Source: Lingula anatina (Eukaryota > Animalia > Brachiopoda). From it: a stretch of 64,000 bases of DNA. A program made the position numbers and the translations under genes. Every line of letters starts with the position of its first letter. Within the stretch, counting starts at the first letter, position 1. The DNA lies in NCBI GenBank assembly GCA_051362555.1, contig CM120641.1, positions 16,616,001-16,680,000 of the forward strand. Reading direction: 5' to 3'. The notes beneath the pieces are model-generated. The model worked only from the letters and a program-made list of their open reading frames with translations, was not told the DNA's origin and did not search any database. Shown here piece after piece: positions 53,833 to 64,000 of this stretch.

Positions 53833-55108
53833 TTACGGATAACTTGGTGACCTCCTTGAGTAGAATACAGAAAAGAAAAGTTGGTGATTATGCGAGTACG
53901 TTGGAAACAGGCGACACGGGGTACGGCACAGAAATGTGCACAAAATCAGCCAGAGAAATATCTTAGAATATCAAGAGAGGTTACAAAACAATATAGTTCA
54001 GGCGAGTTAAGGACCTCATGAACTCCACAATGTTTTGAGAGTTGTTTTTTAAATTATGAAGGATTTTAATTAATGTTCAACATATGTTTGCATTACCGTA
54101 TCAGTTAGACATGCAGGTAAACTGCATAATTTGACTAGATCTTTTTTCTTTGATAGACTTAGCGTACAGTCTTTGTGAGACATAATTCACCACAAACTTC
54201 CGCCAAGGCTTTGCGACAGTATGATGGTATACCGGATTGCTAATTGTTCTGCGCGACGACTATTGATATTCATATCTTTGTTACATTTTCCGAAAAAAGG
54301 AAAATGATTCTGCCATTCGTAAGTAAGAAAATCTGAGAAGCATTTGGAATTGAAAGCTATCACACTTTCTCTTTTTCTAGCAATAAACTGTAGAACTTGT
54401 GCCATGTCACCGTGCATATAAATCTCCACCATTACAGCAATGAATGGCATCTTTTGCACGTTCTGTCTCGGTTGAGATAATGAAACACCATTCCCTATTC
54501 CAAAAATAACGAACACGAAAACATACCTTCCAGCCTCTGAAAAATTCTTCCGGTGCAGGGATTTTCAAGATCTGTTCTCGATAATCTCTTGCCGTACCGC
54601 ACCCAAGCTTTGGGCAGCGTCGTAGTGTTCGCAAGACTCGGTGTGTGCAGAAGGAACAACATTGCGATGAACTTGTTGAGTATACATTCTGAAACAAAGA
54701 TATGTTGATCTTTGGGTTTGTAAAATTTTTGGGTTTGTAAAGAGGCTAGGATAAATTTCAAAGAGAAGCTGCATTCATTCAACACAACATTTGAGATATG
54801 AGCATTCTGAAAAGCTCATTAAATTTGGAACAAGACAATACACTTACCGAAATATGGTGTATTTTTCTTAATAACACATTTTCTGGAATGTTATGTGAGA
54901 TTTATGCAACCCCATTGTTTTAACTACATGTATTTTTTTCTGAAGTCTCCTATTTCCTCCCAAGAGTTGACAAACCACGTTCCAATTTTTTCCTTATTTA
55001 TTTTTCTTAACTGCCAAATATCGCAACATTTTTTTTCATTGAAATAAAAAGCAAACCTTTTCAATTACAAAGAATAAACTGATGCAGCGTGTCAGCGCTA
55101 ATATTTTA

Positions 55109-58100
55109 ACTTGTTAGCAGTAAACACTCTGACATCCTCTCTTTATAGCTAATCTTGGATTGTATGCTCATGGAGACAGTCATTTGATCCTCTATGAAGT
55201 GATACTGAAGGCAAGATTCGCAGAACACCTTTGCTTGAAGACTATTATGTGCAGCTTTATCACACTTGATACTTGGGTCAGAATGACAAGATAAATATTA
55301 AGTATACTGGTTGTTTTTCTGTCAGAACAAAGTAAAAATTGTATGCCAACTAAAACAGAATGAGGATAATTAAAGACAACCGTAAGCCACTGAACGTAAA
55401 ATCAAGCGAGATTTCGGGGGATTTGGAGCAGAATGGGGTGAGACACAGTGACAATCTAGTGCCGCAACGTATAAAAGCTGCCAGAATGTATCCACGGAAA
55501 TGTTTCTGGTTTCTCTTGCCAATGGGTAATGTCGCATTACAGTCCCAGTCCACTGCAGAGCAGTACACCATGTTACTTGTCATTTTTGAATTGCTATCTC
55601 AGATATAGTTAATATAACCTTGTCCAGATTGTAAGAAACACAGTTATGGAACCAGCAGTAAACGATCTAGATGACCCTTGTTCCCAATATGGCCGCCAAA
55701 AATCTACGCAACAAACTAATATGGCCAGTTTGGTTTGTTTATTTTCGTAATTAATACAAGAGTGAAACTTGCCCATACTACTTAAAATGTATATTGTTGT
55801 ATATCTGGAAATAAAATTATCACCCACTGACTCACAGTGTCCTTCTTTTATGTTATTATGTATTTGAAGAGAAAACAAATAGTAACATTCAGCGGACAGC
55901 AGTAAATGACATGTCATTTCAAAGTAATAGCCAAGTCAAACACCTTAACACGTATAAGGCTACAGGACTCAGATTTGAATTTTGCGGAATTCTGCAAGAT
56001 TTCGTCACTTCCGTGACTGTAACTGTCTGCAACAATGTCACAACGTGACTGTAACTGTCAACATGGTTTTCTGTTCGTTTTTGCGCGTGGTCACCAAAGT
56101 TTCAGGGGAAATGTCATGTCAATTTAAAGTAATAGCCAAGTCAAACATCTAAATGGAATAAAAAAAAATAAATAAATAAATAAAAAACAACAGCACAAAA
56201 AATCCAATAATGATGGTTAAAGATTTACGCGTCATGATTTTGCCCAGTGTTGGATTGACTGCTGTTTTGTGATGTCAAATTATCAAAGCACCAGAAATTG
56301 TTTACACATCTTAATGGATGGAAAATTTTGACAATATAAGTTCACAAATAAATAATGAAGACTTAGTAATTGATTCCCTCAGAAGTGGTGATATGATGAA
56401 AATATACCCCCGGCGGCCATTTTAAAAAAGACTTGGAGTTCTTTTAAGAACTAAGAAAGGCAATTTCTTTATTTTTTTATGTCATTAATTAGAGTAATTT
56501 GTCAATATCTTTCTGCTGAGAAAATGAACAAATTAGGCTTAACACTGCGCTTAGCAATTATATGACTCGGTAATTTACCATCTTCTCTACTTGACTCTCA
56601 GATGTGATAAAGTCAGCTGAGTCGCGACACGAAACAGTCATCAAGCAAAGACATTCTATGGATCTGTACAAAATGAAACTGCCTTTTAGTATAATTGTAA
56701 CCTGTATGTATTGGGTTATAAAATTCTGTTACACGAAAACCAAGAGAAATGAAGAAATTGGTATTGAAAATAACTATTTATTCTGATCACCTGATTAAAA
56801 AAAAAAACAGTAACCCTGCGAACATTCAAAACAACATGGAACATTCTACACGTTTGTCAAATATATTAAAACCATTGACTTACCCAGAAAAAGTCTCATG
56901 GTTGGTTGAGGTAATCTTAGATCAAATGCAGCAGTTCACCATTTATAAATAATAACCAGCAGGTCAATGTGAAAAATTAGTTTGACTAATTAGTCCGACG
57001 CTCCTTTTTTATCAGAAATGTCACTAAAAAGTAGAGGTTTTGCCTTGGGACTTTGTTTTCGCAGCTAGGTGTGGCTCAGCTGAGACGTGCATGGTCAGTG
57101 TCGACGGTTGATTAAATACTTCTCAAGACAGTTGAATGTCCACGACAAGTATTTAGCACAAATTGACCAAATTAGTCAGACATTACGTAAGAATTTGGCG
57201 GGAGGTGACCAGCGCACGTGGACGAGTTTATTCTGTATAACATCTCTAGAGCGTGATATAGGGTCACTTTATTCGGTTTTAGGGGTGTTTTAGGAAGAAA
57301 TGACTGCATTTTTTCTCGGTATGTATGTCAAATAATACACTGTCACCCTCTCGCGATATATGCCATGAACACCTCTCGCTGACGTTCGAGGTATTATGGC
57401 ATAGGCCTATATCGCTCGGGTGACAGTGTATTATCTCACACTTGTTAGAGGTAAACACTCTGACTTCCTCTCTTTATAGCTAATCTTGGATTGTATGCTC
57501 ATGGAGACAGTCATTTGATCCTCTATGAAGTGATATCGATACTGAAGGCAACATTCGCAGAACACCTTTGCTTGAAGACTATGTGCAGCTTTATCACACT
57601 TGATACTTGGGTCAGAATGACAAGATAAATATTAAGTATACTGGTTGTTTTTCTGTCAAAACAAAGTAGAAATTGTATGCCAGCAAAAACAGAATGAGGA
57701 TAATTAAAGACAACCGTAAGCCACTGAACGTAAAATCAAGCGAGATTTCGGGGGATTTGGAGCAGAATGGGGTGAGACACAGTGACAATCTAGTGCCGCA
57801 ACGTATAAAAGCTGCCAGAATGTATCCACGGAAATGTTTCTGGTTTCTCTTGCCAATGGGTAATGTCGCATTACAGTCCCAGTCCACTGCAGAGCAGTAC
57901 ACCGTGTTACTTGTCATTTTTGAATTGCTATCTCAGATATAATTAATATAACCTTGTCCAGATTGTAAGAAACACAGTTATGGAACCAGCAGTAAACGAT
58001 CTAGATGACCCTTGTTCCCAATATGGCCGCCAAAAATCTACGCAACAAACTAATATGGCCAGTTTGGTTTGTTTATTTTCGTAATTAATACAAGAGTGAA

Positions 58101-58491
58101 ACTTGCCCATACTACTTAAAATATATATTGTTGTATATCTGGATATAAAATTATCACCCACTGACTCACAGTGTCCTTCTTATATGTTATTTTGTATTTG
58201 AAGAGAAAACAAATAGTAACATTCAGCGGACAGCAGTAAATGACATGTCATTTCAAAGTAATAGCCAAGTCAAACACCCTAACACGTATAAGGCTACAGG
58301 ACTCAGATTTGAATTTTGCGGAATTCTGCAAGATTTCGTCACTTCCGTGACTGTAACTGTCTGCAACAATGTCACAACGTGACTGTAACTGTCAACATGG
58401 TTTTCTGTTCGTTTTTGCGCGTGGTCACCAAAGTTTCAGGGGAAATGTCATGTCAATTTAAAGTAATAGCCAAGTCAAACATCTAAATGGA

Positions 58492-58535
<44 letters not shown>

Positions 58536-59293
58536 GGCACAAAAAAATCCAATAATGATGGTTAAAGATTTACGCGTCATGATTTTGCCCAGTGTTGGAT
58601 TGACTGCTGTTTTGTGATGTCAAATTATCAAAGCACCAGAAATTGTTTTGACAATATAAGTTCACAAATAAATAATGAAGACTAAGTAATTGATTCCCTC
58701 AGAAGTGGTGATATGATGAAAATATACCCCCGGCGGCCATTTTAAAAAAGACTTGGAGTTCTTTTAAGAACTAAGAGAGGCAATTTCTTTATTTTTTTAT
58801 GTCATTAATTAGAGTAATTTGTCAATATCTTTCTGCTGAGAAAATGAACAAATTAGGCTTAACACTGCGCTTAGCAATTATATGACTCGGTAATTTACTA
58901 TCTTCTCTACTTTACTCTCAGATGTGATAAAGTCAGCTGAGTCGCGACACGAAACAGTCATCAAGCAAAGACATTATATGGATCTGTACAAAATGAAACT
59001 GCCTTTTAGTATAATTGTAACCTGTATGTATTGGGTTATAAAATTCTGTTACGCGAAAACCAAGAGAAATGAAGAAATTGGTATTGAAAATAACTATTTA
59101 TTCTGATCGCCTGATTAAAAAAAAAAAAAACAGTAACCCTGCGAACACCCAAAACAACATGGAACATTCTACACGTTTGTCAAATATATTAAAACCATTG
59201 ACTTACCCAGAAAAAGTCTCATGGTTGGTTGAGGTAATCTTAGATCAAATGCAGCAGTTCACCATTTATAAATAATAACCAGCAGGTCAATGT
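55109..59293. repeat. Near-identical direct duplication of ~1.86 kb (55109-56970 and 57440-59293)
   Basis: Colinear sequence with scattered substitutions, small indels and differing poly-A lengths. The ORF track is duplicated accordingly. A ~470-bp spacer separates the copies. Confidence 0.95.
57332..57434. repeat. About 100-bp imperfect palindrome, probably a transposon terminus
   Basis: ATAATACACTGTCACCC...GGGTGACAGTGTATTAT, with inner arms GCGATATA/TATATCGC and ATGCCAT/ATGGCAT. Confidence 0.7.
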
Positions 59294-60649
59294 TACACGA
59301 GCATTCTGTTTTGGCATTCCGTGTCAGATTTGCTCTCCCTCGTCCTTTTATACTTGATTAGGTGTTGAGGGGCGTTTCCTTGCTGATACTTAAACATGTA
59401 GATGAATGTAATGTGTAGCACGTCACCTCGTCACTTATCACATCACCCTGAAGGGACAGAATGACGACAATGTAGAACCCACGACTCCACTACTGGGAGT
59501 AATTGTTCATCTCGGAAAATACTTACAAAATACTTTCCTGTTATGTGAGTTTTAGCAATAGCCAGAATAATGGTGAAACTAGTATATTCTTAGTATTAGC
59601 ACTATTAGCACTTCAAAATTGGTGGCTTTCGTGGTTGGTTTTTATTTATCATTTATAGTTTATCTCTGTTGCTTTTATAGGTTTGTTTATTGGACAAATT
59701 GGTGGGTCTTGGGTGGGATTAGTATTTCCTTATAATACATCTCCCTTGTTTTTCGTCAAATGTTTTTGACAAATGTTTTGTTTGTTTAGACATTACCCAC
59801 TAAAAAGGTTTTAATTAGAACTTAGACTTATGTCTGAGTTTTGACAGTTGTCTACTGTTTTTAGCATTTATATTACTTGAAACGGCAATTTTTGGACAGA
59901 TATTACTAGAAAGAAGCCAATACTTAAATGCAGGTTAACGTCAAATGATTAAAGTTGGCGAACTTGCTGCGCGTTAACACACCTACAAGCACAATACATA
60001 CCATACTACAGTATAATGCTAACCTATGAATTATTATATTTTTATTTTTATTTACTTTTTTTTCGATTTTAAACGCACTCGTGTTCACATAGTTTTGAGT
60101 CCCTTCAGTGTTTTCCTTTTCACCTAACCAAATGATAACCCGTATACATGAGATGCCCTTTTGTGCGTCGCATCTGTGTCTACACTACACTTATAGGTGA
60201 CATCAGGTTGTAAACCGCAGCATTTATCTGTCGGAAAGCCGTTTGTAAACTTCCCCTGAAGAAAAAGACGTGGGTAAATTCCCGGAGCACGTTAACCCCT
60301 TTTAGTGAAAAGCATTTACGAGACGAAGCAAAATTTACAGCTACTGATCTCTTTAGCGGAAGTATTTAGCTTATTGCTGACTGAATAAAGTCTCTCTGGG
60401 AGGTTGACTTTTTTAATTGGATGGTTAGTTTTCATGAAAACTTTCTTTCCTGTGGTGATCTTCCCGTTAGAAATACTTGCTCTCCCCATCAAGGAAGCCA
60501 GTACTGTATAACGACTGCCAACATATGCCCATGGCAATCAATACAGTAACACGAGGGCCAATGCGGTCTAATGACATCCAGAACAGACCCATAACAATCA
60601 AGGGAGTTTCATGACAGATAGTGCTGCCCCATGACAACACTGATAATAA

Positions 60650-60830
60650 AATTGGAGTCATTTGACTCTCTAGTTAGCACCCCTTGACCCTCATGGAGTA
60701 ATTTTGACTCCTATATAAGGGTCAAATTACCCCACTACCAGAGCTTTAGACTCTCTTATCAGAGTCAATCACCCCCTGGCTCTCATGGAGTCAATCTGAC
60801 TCTAAAACCAGAATCAAATTACCGGGGGGC
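60650..60830. repeat. Array of short GAGTCAnnTGACTC-type palindromes, DNA-transposon subterminal relic
   Basis: Repeated GGAGTCATTTGACTC, GGAGTAATTTTGACTCC and GGAGTCAATCTGACTC motifs. Confidence 0.5.
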
Positions 60831-61341
60831 AGTGTCTGGCTGACCCCTTTCACCGACTCTTTTCGCTCGCTGGACAGTAAGCTTCGTTTCATTGCTTGTG
60901 ATGGCATTGAGCAGACGGCGTGGAGAGAACAGTTTTCATCTTGCTTTGTCAGTATAAACATTACTTTATTGGCCATAGTTGGTTTTATGCAAGAACAAGT
61001 GGTTGTCTGTGTGTTTCTGCATGCAGAACTAGTGCACTTATTACTGGCCTGGGCTTTCAGTTGCCACAGCCTTTATGTGATATGTTGGTACAATGCCATT
61101 ATAGCTGTCCTTGTCCTTAACATCCATGGAGGTCCTTAAAAGCCATGTAGGTCAGTGACAAGTATTTTCTTCGAGGGGCAACTGAGTCTTTTTCGTTGGA
61201 TTCCCGCTACTCTGAAAACTTGACCAATATTTTCGTTCGTAGAGAAAGGATTTATTGGCACTGATAGCTTGTAAGTCAGCGTGATGCCATCTGGAATCTT
61301 TGCTTACGTCTGCCTGTGATCTGATAGAAAGAGTTAATTTG

Positions 61342-61377
<36 letters not shown>

Positions 61378-61938
61378 TTGTCATTTTGGTACTTTTATTG
61401 GGGCAATGTATCACAATCTGTTTGTTTCGTGCCCTTTTACCATCAACTGTCTGTTTCTTACAGTCATGCATGTACCAGTAATTGTTCACTAAATAATTTG
61501 AGTTTTCACGATTTGAGATACTTATCTTCTATAACAGTAAAAACTTGGTCATTCTGACCCCCAAAACACTGTCGTTACGTCATCAGCTCGAGTTAACACA
61601 TTCACCCTGATGTAAACGTGTTAGATGTGACGGTATTATCTCATTGCAATATCTTTCATCTAAGCGGAAAATTAATGAATTAATTAACCCTAACATGTCG
61701 AACCCTCTTAAAACAATCCAAGCTGCAAGTTTTGAAATCTCCAAGATAGCATGCTTTAATAGTCTTTATTGCTTCCTGTCGGCCCTTAAAAGGTATGGAA
61801 GACCACAGTGGGGGCAAATAGCACGTCGCACGTACATAACCCGAGTTAGAACTAACTGCAGTGTTTGCTGCTACTATACATGTCATGGAGATTTCAAACT
61901 AATATCATGCCCCACTTTGGTCACAAAAGTGCGGGGAT

Positions 61939-61956
61939 AACAACAACAACAACAAC

Positions 61957-62001
<45 letters not shown>
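61939..62001. repeat. (AAC)n(AAT)n compound microsatellite
   Basis: Seen directly in the sequence. Confidence 0.9.
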
Positions 62002-62002
<1 letters not shown>

Positions 62003-63249
62003 GTGATTAGGGTGATGATTGACCAAGTATGGTGAGTTTTGCGATTTTTAAACAATATCTATTGGACTTAGATATGCCATGCTTACAGCGTTTTTAAAAA
62101 TGCTTTACCTGCATATTAAACATCAAAACTCTACATCAGAAACGAATGCGTCTAACTCATAATGGACCTTGAAGATGTGTTAGGATACAGTTTTGTGAAT
62201 AAATCGAAAAGGTGAAATAGCCATTAGTATTGGAGGAATCCATTTTAATTCAATTTTTGGCACTTTTTAAATGTTCCAATTTGTAGCATATCATGGCAAA
62301 AACCAAAAGAGCACCCCTAAACGTTTTTTTATGAATGGGATTTGCTCTCATGCTCTCAAGAAGTGACTTGCCTAATAACATATGTTCCTCACGCGTACTG
62401 CAATAATCTCCCATTGGCGGTGTACATGCAATTCAACAAGGGTTACTTTTCTGCACTTTTCTTCCGAAGAGAATGGCGGAGTTGGTTCAGTAAGTGGGGT
62501 TGATTATACTGTGCACCGCGCACCATATTTCATCCCACAAGTGTTCAATAGGGTTAGTATCAACATTTTTCCGCAACAAGTAACTCACCTAACTGTGAGC
62601 GGGTGCGTTGCCATGGTGACGGTTTTGAGGTGTCAATTTTGTGATCATTTTCTAACGTCTATGGAAATCAATGTGGATTATCAGATTTGAGAGGGTGCAT
62701 GGTCCAGATATTAATAAATGATGAACAACATGTATATTTTTTTGCTCCGTAATTCATGTTAGATATGGAAAAGAAAATAAAAACTTTTTAAAACGTTTTA
62801 CAACGTGATATGATATGTTTCGCCAATTAAAATAAAAAATCTTCTATATTGTAAGTATTGTGCAAAAACCTTTATTGAGGTATGTATGAGGTATATATTA
62901 TATATAAACATATACAGATGTAAGAAAACTGTCAATTCTTCTTTTAGATCTCTGTTTTTTCTACATAAATAAATATATAAATAACGTACATATAAAAATA
63001 ACGTACAAAAATACGTGTTTTGACACTTAGAGTATAATTACTATTTAGCAATTACCACAGTTTATTTGGCATAAAACATTTCTTTTGTAAAAAAAATATA
63101 TCTTAAATTTGTATAAAATGTGTAAATAAACTTATCAAAATAAAATGTGCGAAAAATGATATAAAATATTTCTTCATTTAAGTCTCTTCATCATGAGGCA
63201 TAATCATAAATGCGTTTCAAAGTCCGTTTGTTCGAGTCGTTTTGACCTT

Positions 63250-63926
63250 TCATTTCAAAGAATTTGTTGTCAAAGTCACGATAAATCGTTTAAGATCTTG
63301 CAGCAGCGTCATGATTTTTAGTGCAGTATAGGTGCCAGTTCTGCGTAATTCTTCGCCATATACGTGGTCTTGTATTTTTCTCGCTTTCTCTAGAATCTGG
63401 GAGTCGATAGGGATGTAATTTTCGCCTAACAGAATTTTGATTTTACACAAAGGTTCGCTCATGGTGTTGGAAAATCTGCAAATGGACTGTTCCACCATTC
63501 CACTATCCGCCTTCGTAAAAATTTCCAATTTGTAAACAGTATTCAACCTTGCAGTTGCTTTAAGCATTTCTGTAAAAAGACTGGCCAGGTAGATGTTTTG
63601 TGCTTCCTGCAACGATACATAGAAGGGTACACAATGAGAAGAATAAAAAATCATATAAAATGGTACCAACAGATTTTAAATCATGACTATAGACACATCA
63701 TTTAAAAAAGTCTACCCTTTTACGAGACTTCCATTGGTCTATATGTTCCAATATTATATTATTTTCTCTGTTTCAATAAAAAGTTTAAATACATTAAGCA
63801 TGAGAGTACAAACGCTGGACAGTTGAAACATACTGTGAAGTTGAGTTGCTTGCCCTGTGGTTTTACATTTTGGTGCCAATCGCATTGTAGTTCGCTTGTA
63901 TGGAGGTTGGCACTTAGACCAGCTGA
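63250..63926 (-). CDS. Putative four-helix cytokine-like gene B, last two exons (5' part beyond window)
   Basis: Exon 63926-63834 (SAGLSANLHTSELQCDWHQNVKPQGKQLNFT, phase 0-0) and exon 63606-63250 (EAQNIYLASLFTEMLKATARLNTVYKLE...VEQSICRFSNTMSEPLCKIKILL...TYTALKIMTLLQDLKRFIVTL). The last exon aligns with the last exon of gene A. Confidence 0.65.
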
Positions 63927-64000
63927 CTGTAAACAGAAATTATACATCACTTTGAAATCAGAATTTTTCCAATGTTGAATTTTACTAATTTTCTAAACAT

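Noticed and set aside
60316-61120. Cluster of short ORFs in a GC-richer patch
   Set aside because: No recognisable motifs or consistent splice phases; probably decayed transposon interior.
61345-61376. Poly-proline ORF / poly-C tract
   Set aside because: A homopolymer run, not coding. G-quadruplex potential alone is unremarkable.
1-64000. tRNA, rRNA, snoRNA or miRNA genes
   Set aside because: None recognisable by eye. A tRNAscan-SE/Infernal search is needed to exclude small intronic RNAs.

Overview
AT-rich, intron-rich animal genomic DNA. Gene content and repeat types suggest a lophotrochozoan, probably a mollusc (inference). I reconstructed exons by hand from splice sites and reading phase. 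In order, the window holds: a complete 13-coding-exon DMC1 (+) with one U12-type intron; a convergent SUN1/2-type LINC gene (-); a single-exon-CDS sulfotransferase-like gene (-); a Rho GDI (-) plus a displaced duplicate of its first coding exon; and a secreted, probably GPI-anchored CAP-EGF-ShK-like gene (-). Two further unannotated-looking spliced genes (-, ~50.4-53.2 kb and from 63.25 kb past the window end) are paralogous and show a long-chain four-helix cytokine (IL-6/Unpaired-like) pattern. These are the best candidate for an undescribed system here. Repeats include Helentron-type non-autonomous elements with 159-bp cores, several MITEs, a ~1.86-kb tandem duplication and microsatellites. 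No database searches or computations were run.
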